Source: Candidatus Dorea intestinavium
GTDB lineage: Bacteria; Bacillota; Clostridia; Lachnospirales; Lachnospiraceae
Direction: 5' to 3'
DNA: 50,403 nucleotides
NCBI GenBank assembly: GCA_019113475.1
Contig: DXHJ01000016.1
Coordinates: 1 to 50,403, forward strand
The translations under genes were made by a program, and so were the position numbers. The notes under the pieces were generated by a model. It saw nothing but the letters and a program-made list of their open reading frames with translations, ran no database searches and had not been told where the DNA came from. Below are positions 8,408 to 19,148 of the stretch, piece by piece. Numbering within the stretch: position 1 is the stretch's first letter; the number at the start of each line of letters is the position of its first letter.

Positions 8408-9124
8408 ATGAATACGCCAAAACATGTTGCAATTATTCTAGATGGTAATGGAAGATGGGCCAAAAAAAGAGGCTTACCAAGAAACGTGGGGCATACCCAG
8501 GGAAGTAGAGTTGTTGAAAAGATCTGTGAAGATGCCTTTAATTTAGGTATCCATTATTTAACGGTCTATGCCTTTTCTACAGAAAACTGGAATCGGCCAG
8601 ATACAGAAGTTGCCGCTTTAATGAAATTATTAAGAAATTATATGAAAACTAGTATTAAAAGGGCTATGCGAAATAATATGAAGGTTCGGGTAATTGGTGA
8701 TAAGAGTGCGCTAGATGAAGATTTAAGAGCGGACATTGCTAAGCTTGAAGAAGCAACAAAAGACAATACCGGGTTACAATTTCAAATTGCCATTAATTAT
8801 GGCAGCCGTAATGAAATGATTCGCGGCATCAAAGCCTTAACTAAAGATATCAAAGCGGGAAAAGAAGAAATTGAAAATATTGACGAGAACTTATTTGCTA
8901 ATTATTTAGATACAAAAGGAATTCCAGATCCGGATTTATTAATTAGAACCAGTGGTGAGCTACGCTTATCTAACTTTTTATTATGGCAATTAGCTTATAC
9001 AGAATTTTATTTTACCGATGTGCTTTGGCCTGATTTTAATAAAGATGAGTTGCAAAAGGCGATTGAGTATTACAATAGTAGAAATCGCAGATTTGGAAAA
9101 ACGGAGGAACAACTAAATGTTTAA
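8408..9124 (+). CDS. uppS: Undecaprenyl diphosphate synthase (isoprenyl transferase)
   Basis: HVAIILDGNGRWA, YAFSTENW, LIRTSGELRLSNFLLWQ. Confidence 0.98.
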   Translation: MNTPKHVAIILDGNGRWAKKRGLPRNVGHTQGSRVVEKICEDAFNLGIHYLTVYAFSTENWNRPDTEVAALMKLLRNYMKTSIKRAMRNNMKVRVIGDKSALDEDLRADIAKLEEATKDNTGLQFQIAINYGSRNEMIRGIKALTKDIKAGKEEIENIDENLFANYLDTKGIPDPDLLIRTSGELRLSNFLLWQLAYTEFYFTDVLWPDFNKDELQKAIEYYNSRNRRFGKTEEQLNV

Positions 9125-9923
9125 GACAAGGTTATTAAGTGGAATTGTGCTAGTAATTGTACTGGCCCTAGTCATTGGTTTTGGTGGGAATGTTTTGTTT
9201 GCCTTTACCCTTGTTATTAGTTTAATTGGTATGTATGAATTAAACAAAGTAGTAAAAGTGGAAAACAAGTTACCAGGAGTGGTGGCACTACTTGGTGGCG
9301 TGCTTTATTATAGTTCTTTATTTTTTAAAGTGGAAAGCTTAAAGTTAGCTTCTCTTGTTTTAGCACTGATTCTTATGATGGCAGTTTATGTCTTTAGTTT
9401 TCCCAAATTTGAAGCCAATCAAATTATTACTTCCTATTTTGGCCTTATCTATGTAGCAGTAATGATTTCTTATATTTATCAAGCAAGAATGTTAAAAAGC
9501 GGAGCTGAAGGAGTGGCTCTAGCGGTCCTTATCTTTATTAGTTCTTGGGGCAGTGATACCTGTGCTTATTGCGTAGGCATGCTTTTGGGAAAAAGAAAGT
9601 TAGCGCCTATCTTAAGTCCGAAAAAATCCGTTGAAGGGGGTATTGGTGGTGTCTTAGGAGCAGCTCTTCTTGGTTGCCTTTTTGCCTTTATCTTAAACAA
9701 AACGGGAAATGGCAGTCATAGTCTTTTACTTTACGCCCTTATTTGTGGAGTGGGAGCAGTTATCTCTATGATTGGCGACTTGGCGGCATCCGCTATTAAA
9801 CGAAATCATGAAATCAAAGATTATGGAACTTTAATACCAGGTCATGGCGGTATTCTAGATCGTTTTGACAGCGTAATTTTTACGGCGCCTATTATCTATT
9901 ATATGGCCTTATATTTGTTATAA
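9117..9923 (+). CDS. cdsA: Phosphatidate cytidylyltransferase
   Basis: Membrane protein with SPKKSVEG, GDLAASAIKR, KDYGTLIPGHGGILDRFDS. Confidence 0.97.
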   Translation: MFKTRLLSGIVLVIVLALVIGFGGNVLFAFTLVISLIGMYELNKVVKVENKLPGVVALLGGVLYYSSLFFKVESLKLASLVLALILMMAVYVFSFPKFEANQIITSYFGLIYVAVMISYIYQARMLKSGAEGVALAVLIFISSWGSDTCAYCVGMLLGKRKLAPILSPKKSVEGGIGGVLGAALLGCLFAFILNKTGNGSHSLLLYALICGVGAVISMIGDLAASAIKRNHEIKDYGTLIPGHGGILDRFDSVIFTAPIIYYMALYLL

Positions 9924-9938
9924 AAGAAGAGGTGGAGT

Positions 9939-11081
9939 ATGAAAAATATCGCAATTTTAGGATCGACAGGATCCATCGGAACGCAGACTTTAGCCGTAGT
10001 TGACGAGTTTTCGGACATCAAAGTATGGGGGCTTAGTGCCGGCAGTAATATTACTTTATTAGAAGAACAAATTCGTAAATACAGACCAACTTTAGCGGTT
10101 GTCTACGACGAAGACAAAGGAAAAGTTTTAAGCGAAAAGGTAAAAGACCTTGGAGTAAAAATTGAAACTGGAATGGCAGGACTTTTGCATTTAGCAACTA
10201 TGATAGAAGTAGACACCTTAGTGACAGCCATTGTGGGGATGATTGGTATCAGACCAACCATTGCGGCTATTGAGGCGGGCAAGGACATTGCTCTTGCCAA
10301 TAAAGAAACTTTGGTTTGTGCCGGGCATCTAATTATGCCTCTAGCCAAAGAAAAGGGAGTTAAAATATTACCGGTAGATAGTGAACATAGTGCCATTTTT
10401 CAGGCCCTTAGAGGCAATGAAGAAAAGGCGATTGATAAAATCTGGTTAACCGCTTCTGGAGGTCCTTTTAGAGGGAAAAAAGAAGAGGACTTATTAGCTG
10501 TTACGGTCAGTGATGCGCTTAATCATCCCAATTGGAGTATGGGTCATAAGATTACGATTGATTCAGCAACGATGGTTAATAAAGGTTTAGAAGTAATTGA
10601 GGCCAAGTGGCTTTTTAACGTACCCATTGATCAGGTTGAAGTTATTATTCAACCTCAAAGCATTATTCACTCCATGATTGAATATCAAGATGGTTCAGTT
10701 ATGGCGCAACTAGGTATGCCAGATATGAAACTTCCCATCCAATATGCACTTTTTTATCCAGAAAGAAGAAGGATGAAAGAAGAAAGACTAGATTTTAGAA
10801 GCCTTAAAAGCATTGTTTTTGATAACCCCGACATGGATACTTTCTATGGGTTAAAATTAGCGTATATAGCTGGTCGCAGAGGCGGCAGTTTACCAACAGT
10901 CTTTAATGCTGCTAATGAGCTAGCCGTTAAGCTTTTCTTAAACCAAGAGATTACTTTCTTAGAAATCTATCAAATTATTGAAGATTGTCTAAGACATCAT
11001 ACTGTAATAGAAAACCCTACGGTGGAAGAAATCTTAAGAGTAGAACAAGAAACCTATCAACGAATTAACAGCAGGAGGTAA
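9939..11081 (+). CDS. dxr: 1-deoxy-D-xylulose-5-phosphate reductoisomerase
   Basis: LGSTGSIG, LANKE, LPVDSEH, TASGGPF, HPNWSMG, NKGLEVIEA. Confidence 0.98.
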   Translation: MKNIAILGSTGSIGTQTLAVVDEFSDIKVWGLSAGSNITLLEEQIRKYRPTLAVVYDEDKGKVLSEKVKDLGVKIETGMAGLLHLATMIEVDTLVTAIVGMIGIRPTIAAIEAGKDIALANKETLVCAGHLIMPLAKEKGVKILPVDSEHSAIFQALRGNEEKAIDKIWLTASGGPFRGKKEEDLLAVTVSDALNHPNWSMGHKITIDSATMVNKGLEVIEAKWLFNVPIDQVEVIIQPQSIIHSMIEYQDGSVMAQLGMPDMKLPIQYALFYPERRRMKEERLDFRSLKSIVFDNPDMDTFYGLKLAYIAGRRGGSLPTVFNAANELAVKLFLNQEITFLEIYQIIEDCLRHHTVIENPTVEEILRVEQETYQRINSRR

Positions 11082-11088
11082 GAAAAGT

Positions 11089-12120
11089 TTGGGAATTGTT
11101 TTAGCAATATTTATTTTTGGATTCATTATTTTTTTCCACGAACTAGGTCATTTCTTATTAGCAAAGAGAAGCCACATTGATGTTACGGAATTTTCCGTCG
11201 GTATGGGACCCATCTTATTAGCAAAAGAGCATAAGGGGACAAAGTACTGCTTAAAACTTTTACCTTTTGGCGGTTCTTGCATGATGGGAGAGGATGAAGA
11301 AGCAACGGATGCTCCTGGTAGCTTTCACAATAAATCTGTGTGGGCGAGGATGTCGGTTATTGTTGCAGGCGCTGTGTTTAACTTTATTTTAGCGTTTATT
11401 TTAGCCACGATTTTAGTAGGGATGATTGGTTTTGATAAACCAGTAGTAGGCGAAGTGGATCCTGGTTATCCAGCCGCCGAGGCAGGTCTTAAGGAGGGCG
11501 ATCTCATTACGAAAATTAATGGTAAAAGTATTAAAGTTTTTCGTGAGCTAAGTTACTACAATCAACTTCATCAAGGTAGTGACATGTCTCTTACTTTTAA
11601 AAGAGGGGATCAAGAAGAAACGATTGTCGTTCACCCCCAAAAAGATGAAGAAAGAGGCTATTATCGTTTTGGTATTGCTTCTAATGGTTATACCAAGGGC
11701 AATCTTTTTGATGCCGTAAAATACGGGGCTTATGAAGTCCGATTTTGGATAAAAATTACCTTTGAAAGTTTAAAAATGCTAGTAACGGGACAAGTAGGTA
11801 TTAATGAACTATCGGGGCCGGTAGGAATTGTGGATGTGGTAGATAATACCTATCAACAATCAAAAGCCTATGGCGTTAAAATGGTTATTGTTGAGATGCT
11901 AAACTTAGCGATTTTAATTTCGGCTAACCTAGGAGTTATGAACTTGCTGCCGCTTCCAGCTCTTGATGGCGGGAGACTAGTCTTTTTAATTATTGAGGCA
12001 ATTAGAGGAAAAAAAATTCCGCCGGAAAAAGAAGGAATTGTCCACACCATTGGCATTATTTTATTAATGGTTTTAATGGTCTTTGTTATGTTTAATGATA
12101 TTAGAAAAGTATTTTTCTAA
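11089..12120 (+). CDS. rseP: RIP metalloprotease RseP (M50 with PDZ domain)
   Basis: HELGH zinc motif, PDZ segment, NLLPLPALDGG. TTG start after AGGAGG. Confidence 0.96.
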   Translation: MGIVLAIFIFGFIIFFHELGHFLLAKRSHIDVTEFSVGMGPILLAKEHKGTKYCLKLLPFGGSCMMGEDEEATDAPGSFHNKSVWARMSVIVAGAVFNFILAFILATILVGMIGFDKPVVGEVDPGYPAAEAGLKEGDLITKINGKSIKVFRELSYYNQLHQGSDMSLTFKRGDQEETIVVHPQKDEERGYYRFGIASNGYTKGNLFDAVKYGAYEVRFWIKITFESLKMLVTGQVGINELSGPVGIVDVVDNTYQQSKAYGVKMVIVEMLNLAILISANLGVMNLLPLPALDGGRLVFLIIEAIRGKKIPPEKEGIVHTIGIILLMVLMVFVMFNDIRKVFF

Positions 12121-12129
12121 TTATTTTTT

Positions 12130-12163
12130 GAGGTCCTGTCCATTTAGTGATAGGGCCTCTTTG
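12130..12163 (+). terminator. Terminator after rseP
   Basis: gaggtcctgtc / gatagggcctc followed by ttt. Confidence 0.7.
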
Positions 12164-12206
12164 TAAAGAATATAGAAAAATTATGAAAAAAACGAAGGTT
12201 TTAGTG

Positions 12207-12235
12207 TTGTAAAATAAGCTTATTTGTAGTATAAT
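12207..12235 (+). promoter_or_regulatory. SigA-type promoter of carAB
   Basis: TTGTAA (12207-12212), 17 bp, TATAAT (12230-12235). The spacer holds the palindrome aaataagcttattt. Confidence 0.75.
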
Positions 12236-12293
12236 TCTAACAATTTGGGCTTATATAAATTGAACTATTTTAAACACAGGAAGGAAACAGATA

Positions 12294-13367
12294 ATGAAAA
12301 AAGCGTATCTAATTTTAGAAGATGGCACGGTTTTTAAAGGCAATAGTATTGGGGCTGATAAAGAAGTAATTAGCGAAATTGTTTTTAATACTTCTATGAC
12401 CGGTTATCTTGAAGTTTTAACCGATCCGTCCTATGCAGGACAGGCAATTGTCATGACATATCCATTAATTGGAAATTACGGAGTTACTCCTGACATGGAG
12501 TCTAAAAGGGCATGGGCAGATGGGTTTATAGTAAGAGAGTTATCTGACATCCCTAGTAACTTTAGAAGCACAGGCAGTATTGAAGAATTTTTAATAGCAC
12601 AAGACGTTCCTGGCATTAGCAAAATTGATACAAGAGCATTAACCAAGAAACTGCGTGAAAGCGGTACCATGAATGCCATGATTACCACAGATGAAAACTA
12701 TGACCTAGACAGTTGCTTAGCACGCATTAAAAATTACCATATAACAGGTGTAGTTAAAACCGCTTCCATCGATGAAGCTTATACAATTAAGGGCAATGGT
12801 CCTAAGGTTGCTTTATACGACTTTGGCGCCAAAGCAAATATTATCAAATCTTTAACTCAAAGAGGCTGCGAAGTAACCGTTTATCCAAGCGATACGAAAG
12901 CACAAGTCATTATTGATTCTAATCCAGATGGAATTATGTTAACAAATGGACCTGGAGATCCTGCTGAAAACGTAGAAATCATCCAACAACTCAAGAAATT
13001 ATATGAAACGAATATTCCTATTTTTGCAATTTGCCTAGGACATCAGTTGATGGCCTTAGCTAATGGAGCAAAAACCTATAAATTGAAATATGGTCATAGA
13101 GGTGGCAATCACCCAGTTAAAGATCTGCAAACAGGAAGAGTCTATATTTCTTCACAAAATCATGGTTATGCGGTAGATGCTTCAACACTTGATGAAAGCG
13201 TTGCAACAGAAGCCTTTATCAATGTTAATGATAAAACGAACGAAGGTTTTTCTTATACAGGAAAAAACATCTTCACTGTTCAGTTCCACCCAGAAGCATG
13301 TCCAGGACCTGAGGATACAAACTATCTTTTTGATCAATTTGTGGACATGATGAAAGGAGTAAGATAA
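12294..13367 (+). CDS. carA: Carbamoyl-phosphate synthase small subunit
   Basis: EIVFNTSMTGY, NGPGDP, ICLGHQ, SQNHGY, QFHPE. Confidence 0.98.
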   Translation: MKKAYLILEDGTVFKGNSIGADKEVISEIVFNTSMTGYLEVLTDPSYAGQAIVMTYPLIGNYGVTPDMESKRAWADGFIVRELSDIPSNFRSTGSIEEFLIAQDVPGISKIDTRALTKKLRESGTMNAMITTDENYDLDSCLARIKNYHITGVVKTASIDEAYTIKGNGPKVALYDFGAKANIIKSLTQRGCEVTVYPSDTKAQVIIDSNPDGIMLTNGPGDPAENVEIIQQLKKLYETNIPIFAICLGHQLMALANGAKTYKLKYGHRGGNHPVKDLQTGRVYISSQNHGYAVDASTLDESVATEAFINVNDKTNEGFSYTGKNIFTVQFHPEACPGPEDTNYLFDQFVDMMKGVR

Positions 13368-16300
13368 TGCCAAAGAATAATGAATTAAAAAAAATCCTAG
13401 TAATTGGTTCAGGCCCTATTGTCATTGGCCAGGCTGCAGAATTTGACTATGCCGGAACTCAAGCTTGTCGGTCTCTTAAAGAAGAAGGGATGGAAGTTGT
13501 TTTACTAAATTCTAATCCAGCAACCATTATGACTGATAAAGATATTGCGGATAAAGTTTATATTGAACCTCTTACAGTAGAAGTAGTGGAGCAATTAATT
13601 TTAAAAGAACAACCAGATAGTGTCTTGCCAACCCTTGGTGGCCAAGCGGCTCTTAACCTGGCTATGGAATTAGAAGAAGATGGTTTCTTAAAAAGACACA
13701 ATGTTCGTCTCATTGGTACTACTTCTGAAACCATTAAAAAGGCGGAAGATCGCCTAGAATTTAAAACTACTATGGAAAAAATCAAAGAACCAGTGGCTCC
13801 CTCATTGGTTGTTGAAGATGTAGAAGCAGGTGTCGCTTTTGCCAATAAAATTAATTATCCCGTGGTACTAAGACCAGCTTATACACTTGGTGGTAGTGGT
13901 GGCGGAATTGCCCATACTGAAGAAGAATTACGAGAAATCCTAGAAAATGGCCTTCGTCTCTCAAGAGTCGGTCAAGTACTAGTGGAAAGATATATCGGTG
14001 GTTGGAAAGAAATTGAATACGAAGTAATGAGAGATAATGCCGGCAACTGTATTACCGTTTGTAATATGGAAAATATTGATCCAGTAGGCGTTCATACGGG
14101 GGATAGTATTGTCGTTGCGCCTTCTCAAACTTTAGCAGATAAAGAATACCAAATGCTTCGTACTTCAGCCCTTAATATTATCGATGAACTTAAAATAACT
14201 GGTGGCTGTAATGTCCAATATGCTCTTAATCCAGATACTTTTGAATACTGCGTTATTGAAGTAAACCCAAGAGTTAGTAGATCTTCAGCACTAGCTTCTA
14301 AGGCAACTGGTTATCCGATTGCTAAAGTGGCTGCGAAGATTGCCATTGGTTATAACCTTGACGAAATAAAAAATGCGGTAACGAAGAAAACTTACGCAAG
14401 CTTTGAACCGATGCTTGATTATTGCGTCGTAAAATTTCCTCGTTTACCTTTTGATAAATTTATTACAGCAAAAAGAACCTTAACGACACAAATGAAAGCC
14501 ACTGGCGAAGTAATGAGTATTTCTACAAACTTTGAGGGGGCTCTTATGAAGGCTATTCGTTCACTAGAGCAACATGTAGATTCATTAATGTCTTATGACT
14601 TTACCAAGTTGTCAGAAGAAGAGCTAAGAAAAGAATTAGCAAAAGTAGATGACATCCGTATTTGGCGAATTGCCGAAGCCCTTAGAAGAGGTTTTTCTTA
14701 TGATGAAATCTTTGCTATAACTAAAATTGATCGTTGGTTTATTAGTAAATTTGATAACCTGGTTAAAATGGAAAAAAGTTTACAAGAAAAAGAGTTAAAT
14801 AAAGAACTTTTATATGAAGCAAAAAGAATGGGCTTTCCGGATAATGTTATTGCCAAGTTAACCAATAAAACGGAAGAAGAAGTTTGTAGTCTTCGTCATG
14901 AATATCATATACTTGCAGCCTATAAGATGGTAGATACTTGCGCTGCGGAATTTGAAGCCCATACTCCTTATTATTACTCCGTTTACGATGGTGAAAATGA
15001 AGTAAAAGAAAGTCATAAAAAGAAAAAAATTCTAGTTCTAGGGTCAGGACCCATTCGTATTGGTCAAGGAATCGAATTTGACTTTTGTTCTGTTCACTGT
15101 ACTTGGGCTTTTGAAGCGGAAGGTTATGAGACCATTATTATTAATAACAATCCCGAGACTGTAAGTACCGACTTTGATATAGCTGATAAGCTTTATTTTG
15201 AACCTCTGACACCAGAGGATGTAAAAAATGTAGTAGACCTTGAAAAACCAGATGGAGCCGTAGTCCAATTTGGTGGACAAACGGCTATAAAATTAACGGA
15301 GAGTTTAATGAAAATGGGCGTTCCTATTTTTGGAACCTCAGCAAAAGACGTCGATGCCGCTGAAGACCGTGAATTATTTGATCAAATCTTAGAAGAATGT
15401 CAGATTCCTAGACCAACAGGAGGCACCGTTTTTACCGCCGAAGAAGCCAAAGAAGTAGCTAATAAATTAGGCTATCCTGTTTTAGTAAGACCTTCCTATG
15501 TCTTAGGTGGTCAGGGTATGCAAATAGCGATTAATGATCATGATGTAGATGAATTTATTGGTATTATCAATCAAATTGCACAGGAGCACCCAATCCTAGT
15601 TGATAAATATTTACAAGGAAAAGAAATCGAAGTTGATGCCGTTTGTGATGGCGAAGACATTCTAATTCCTGGTATTATGGAACATATTGAAAGAGCTGGT
15701 ATTCACTCTGGTGATAGTATCTCGGTATATCCGGCTAAAAGTATTTCCACAGAAGTAAAAAAGACCATCGAAGATTATACAAGAAAACTAGCTAGATCCC
15801 TACATGTACTAGGCCTTATCAACATTCAATTTATTGTTACACCAGATGATCAGGTTTATGTAATTGAGGTAAATCCCAGATCAAGTCGAACCGTTCCTTA
15901 TATAAGTAAGGTAACCGGTATCCCTATTGTGGCTCTTGCTACAAAGGTAATTATTGGCGAAAAAATTAAAGACTTAGGCTATACACCCGGTTTACAAAAA
16001 GAAGCAGAGTATTTTGCAGTGAAAGCACCGGTCTTCTCTTTTGAAAAGATTCGTGGGGCTGATATTAATCTAGGACCAGAAATGAAGTCAACAGGTGAAT
16101 GCCTTGGTATTGCAAAAACGTTTGAAGAAGCACTTTATAAAGCTTTCCTTGGTGCCGGTATTCGCTTACCAAAACACAAGAAGATGATTATTACCGTTCG
16201 TGATGAAGATAAAGCAGAGGCTGTTGAAATCGGTAGAAGATTTGAAAAAATCGGCTATCAAATTTTCTCTACAACCGGGACAGCAAAAGCACTAAATGAT

Positions 16301-16567
16301 GCCGGAGTAAAAGCAATTCCAATTAAGAAGCTAGAACAAGAATCACCTAATATCCTAGACTTAATTTTAGGACATCAAATTGATTTGGTTATTGACACAC
16401 CACCACAAGGGGCGGATCATAGCCGTGATGGTTTTATTATTCGTAGAAATGCCATTGAGACGGGAGTTCACGTTTTAACGGCAATTGATACTGCCAAGGC
16501 TTTAATTGATAGTTTAGAAAATACGAATATTAGAAAACTATCACTTATTGATATTGCGCAAATATAA
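13367..16567 (+). CDS. carB: Carbamoyl-phosphate synthase large subunit
   Basis: GSGPIVIGQAAEFDYAG, duplicated ATP-grasp domains (IEVNPR twice), C-terminal MGS domain. Confidence 0.99.
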   Translation: MPKNNELKKILVIGSGPIVIGQAAEFDYAGTQACRSLKEEGMEVVLLNSNPATIMTDKDIADKVYIEPLTVEVVEQLILKEQPDSVLPTLGGQAALNLAMELEEDGFLKRHNVRLIGTTSETIKKAEDRLEFKTTMEKIKEPVAPSLVVEDVEAGVAFANKINYPVVLRPAYTLGGSGGGIAHTEEELREILENGLRLSRVGQVLVERYIGGWKEIEYEVMRDNAGNCITVCNMENIDPVGVHTGDSIVVAPSQTLADKEYQMLRTSALNIIDELKITGGCNVQYALNPDTFEYCVIEVNPRVSRSSALASKATGYPIAKVAAKIAIGYNLDEIKNAVTKKTYASFEPMLDYCVVKFPRLPFDKFITAKRTLTTQMKATGEVMSISTNFEGALMKAIRSLEQHVDSLMSYDFTKLSEEELRKELAKVDDIRIWRIAEALRRGFSYDEIFAITKIDRWFISKFDNLVKMEKSLQEKELNKELLYEAKRMGFPDNVIAKLTNKTEEEVCSLRHEYHILAAYKMVDTCAAEFEAHTPYYYSVYDGENEVKESHKKKKILVLGSGPIRIGQGIEFDFCSVHCTWAFEAEGYETIIINNNPETVSTDFDIADKLYFEPLTPEDVKNVVDLEKPDGAVVQFGGQTAIKLTESLMKMGVPIFGTSAKDVDAAEDRELFDQILEECQIPRPTGGTVFTAEEAKEVANKLGYPVLVRPSYVLGGQGMQIAINDHDVDEFIGIINQIAQEHPILVDKYLQGKEIEVDAVCDGEDILIPGIMEHIERAGIHSGDSISVYPAKSISTEVKKTIEDYTRKLARSLHVLGLINIQFIVTPDDQVYVIEVNPRSSRTVPYISKVTGIPIVALATKVIIGEKIKDLGYTPGLQKEAEYFAVKAPVFSFEKIRGADINLGPEMKSTGECLGIAKTFEEALYKAFLGAGIRLPKHKKMIITVRDEDKAEAVEIGRRFEKIGYQIFSTTGTAKALNDAGVKAIPIKKLEQESPNILDLILGHQIDLVIDTPPQGADHSRDGFIIRRNAIETGVHVLTAIDTAKALIDSLENTNIRKLSLIDIAQI

Positions 16568-16576
16568 GAGGTGAAA

Positions 16577-17251
16577 ATGTATAAGATATTAATTGTAGAA
16601 GATGATTTAACCATTGCGAAAACCTTAAGCGAACATTTTGAAAAATGGGGATACCAAGCAACCTATATCAAAGATTTTGAAAAAGTAATGGAAGAATTCT
16701 TGAAATTTATGCCAGACCTAGTTCTCTTGGATATTAATCTGCCCTTTTTCAATGGTTTTCATTGGTGCAGCGAAATAAGAAAAGTATCAAAAGTGCCCAT
16801 TGTCTTTATATCTTCTGCAAATGATAACATGTCCATCGTTATGGCTATGAACATGGGTGGCGATGATTACATTGAAAAACCTTTTGACTTAAATGTACTA
16901 ACCGCAAAAGTCCAGGCTCTAATTAGGAGAACCTACGACTTTGCGGGTTCTCTTAATATTAAAGCTCACAATGGACTTATCTTAAATTTAAGTGATGCCA
17001 GCGTTACTTATGAAGAAGAGAATGTGGAGCTGACAAAAAATGAATTTAAAATCTTAGAAATACTGATTGAAAACCCAGGAAACATTGTCTCCCGTGATGA
17101 AATTATTAATAGACTTTGGGAAAGTGATGATTTCATCGATGATAATACCTTAAGTGTCAATGTGGCGAGACTTCGTAAAAAGCTAGAAACAATGGGACTA
17201 GAAGGGGCAATCAAAACGAAAAAAGGAATTGGTTATTTATTGGAGGTTTAA
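16577..17251 (+). CDS. OmpR-family response regulator, BceR/GraR-like
   Basis: ILIVEDD, LLDINLPFFNGFHWC, MAMNMGGDDY, DDNTLSVNVARLRKKL. Confidence 0.92.
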   Translation: MYKILIVEDDLTIAKTLSEHFEKWGYQATYIKDFEKVMEEFLKFMPDLVLLDINLPFFNGFHWCSEIRKVSKVPIVFISSANDNMSIVMAMNMGGDDYIEKPFDLNVLTAKVQALIRRTYDFAGSLNIKAHNGLILNLSDASVTYEEENVELTKNEFKILEILIENPGNIVSRDEIINRLWESDDFIDDNTLSVNVARLRKKLETMGLEGAIKTKKGIGYLLEV

Positions 17252-17252
17252 A

Positions 17253-18266
17253 ATGCTGGGACCTTATTTAAAAGGAAAACTAAAAATAGTTGGAACTTTT
17301 CTTGGCTTTATTTTAGTGCTATTTTTTGTCATGTTTTTAAATAATGCCGATATGACCTCAGTAATTTATGGCTTTATCTTAATAATCTTCTTAGGAATTG
17401 TTCTGGGTATTTTTGATTTTATTAAGGCGAGACAAAAGCATTTAACGCTACAGAAAATGCAAAAAGACCTAGAGGCGCAATTACCAGAGTTGCCAAAGCC
17501 GGAGTCTTTAGTGGAGGAAGATTATCAAGAAGCGATTAAAAAACTCTTTGATTTAAAACAAGAAGTGATTTCGAAAGATCTAAAAAACTTTCAAGAGATG
17601 CTTGATTATTATGAAATGTGGGTCCATCAAATTAAAGTACCCATTGCTTCGATGAGTTTATTACTCCAATCCTTTGTGCCAGAGGAAGCAGAAGAAGCCC
17701 AGAAGATTCGTGAGTTAAAAGCGGGACTTTTAAAAGTAGAACAATATGTGGAGATGGTTTTATCTTATTTAAGGCTAGATGGGGAAGCAACGGACTATTT
17801 ATTCGCAGCTTGTGATCTTGACGAGGTCATAAAAAGAGCAGTGAAGTCTTTTGCTACGGTTTTTAATTTAAAAAAGCTCTCGCTCTCTTATAGCCCGGTG
17901 AATAAACGAGTTTTAACGGACAAAAAATGGCTGGAGTTTGTGATAAAGCAGATTATTTCTAATGCTTTAAAGTATACAAGGACGGGAACCATTAGTATTG
18001 CTGCTTATGCAAAGGAAGATAAAACAATTTTAGTCATTGAAGATACCGGAATTGGCATTCGCAGTGAAGACCTACCAAGACTTTTTGAAAAAGGTTTTAC
18101 TGGTTATAATGGGCGGATGGATAAAAAATCTACCGGTATTGGCTTATATCTTTGCCAGCGAATCCTTGAAAATCTGGGACATAAAATCTATGCTACTTCT
18201 AGTCAAGGAAAAGGTACCAAAGTCTTTATTGAATTTGATAATAAAAGGCTAGAGCTTAGAGACTAA
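17253..18266 (+). CDS. Intramembrane-sensing histidine kinase, BceS/GraS-like
   Basis: Two close N-terminal TM helices, WVHQIKVP H-box, QIISNALKY, DTGIGI, GFTG, TGIGLYL. ATG 17253 follows GGAGG. Confidence 0.92.
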   Translation: MLGPYLKGKLKIVGTFLGFILVLFFVMFLNNADMTSVIYGFILIIFLGIVLGIFDFIKARQKHLTLQKMQKDLEAQLPELPKPESLVEEDYQEAIKKLFDLKQEVISKDLKNFQEMLDYYEMWVHQIKVPIASMSLLLQSFVPEEAEEAQKIRELKAGLLKVEQYVEMVLSYLRLDGEATDYLFAACDLDEVIKRAVKSFATVFNLKKLSLSYSPVNKRVLTDKKWLEFVIKQIISNALKYTRTGTISIAAYAKEDKTILVIEDTGIGIRSEDLPRLFEKGFTGYNGRMDKKSTGIGLYLCQRILENLGHKIYATSSQGKGTKVFIEFDNKRLELRD

Positions 18267-18268
18267 GC

Positions 18269-18304
18269 CTTACAAAAGTGTAAGATAAAAAAAGATAATG
18301 TAAG
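18269..18304 (+). promoter_or_regulatory. BceR-type response-regulator binding site (main site plus downstream half-site)
   Basis: cTTACA-aaag-TGTAAg (18269-18284) matches TNACA-N4-TGTAA. A second TGTAAG lies at 18299-18304, directly upstream of the ABC genes. Confidence 0.85.
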
Positions 18305-18380
18305 CCATTTAGATGGTAAAGCATTATCTTTTTTTGTATGATGGTAGTATAAAATGATAGGCAGAAGAAAGGAATTAGCG

Positions 18381-19148
18381 ATGAGAATATTAAACGTAGA
18401 AAATGTAAAAAAAATATATACTTCAAAACTTGGTAGCAATAAGGTAGAAGCGCTTAAAAATGTCAACTTTTCGGTAGAAGAAGGCGAGTATGTGGCCATT
18501 ATGGGTGAGTCTGGTTCCGGGAAAACCACACTTTTAAATATTTTGGCAGCCCTTGATAAACCAACCAATGGAAAAGTAAGCTTAAGAGACATTGATCTTA
18601 GCAAAGTAAAAGAGAAGGATATTTCTAAATTTCGTCGAGAAAATTTGGGTTTTGTTTTTCAAGATTTTAACTTATTAGATACCTTTTCTTTAAAAGATAA
18701 TATCTTTTTACCTCTAGTACTAGCCGGAGAAAATTATCAAGAAATGGAAGGAAAGATTCATCCTATTACGACAGAACTAGGAATTGATGATTTGCTAGAA
18801 AAGTATCCTTACGAAATATCCGGTGGTCAAAAACAAAGAGTGGCTATTGCGAGAGCATTAATTACAAAACCAGGAATTATCTTAGCCGATGAACCAACAG
18901 GAGCTCTTGATTCTAAAGCGGCGGATAGTCTGCTTAAGATCTTTCAAAGGATTAATGAGAAAGGACAAACAATTCTCATGGTAACTCATAGTGTTAAAGC
19001 AGCAGCAAGTGCCAAGAGAGTCTTGTTTATTAAAGATGGCCAAGTCTTCCACCAACTTTATAAAGGGGATAGTAGCAATGAAGAAATGTATCAAAAGATT
19101 GCGGATACGCTGACGACCCTAACTACTGGGGGTGAAAAAAATGAGTAG
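18381..19148 (+). CDS. ABC transporter ATP-binding protein, BceA-like
   Basis: GESGSGKT, FVFQDFNLL, ISGGQKQR, LADEPTGALD, MVTH. Confidence 0.93.
   Translation: MRILNVENVKKIYTSKLGSNKVEALKNVNFSVEEGEYVAIMGESGSGKTTLLNILAALDKPTNGKVSLRDIDLSKVKEKDISKFRRENLGFVFQDFNLLDTFSLKDNIFLPLVLAGENYQEMEGKIHPITTELGIDDLLEKYPYEISGGQKQRVAIARALITKPGIILADEPTGALDSKAADSLLKIFQRINEKGQTILMVTHSVKAAASAKRVLFIKDGQVFHQLYKGDSSNEEMYQKIADTLTTLTTGGEKNE

Noticed and set aside
12160-12293. PyrR attenuator, ARG box or PurR box upstream of carA
   Set aside because: The leader is too short and unstructured for PyrR. The AAACGAA and ARG-like matches are too weak to call.
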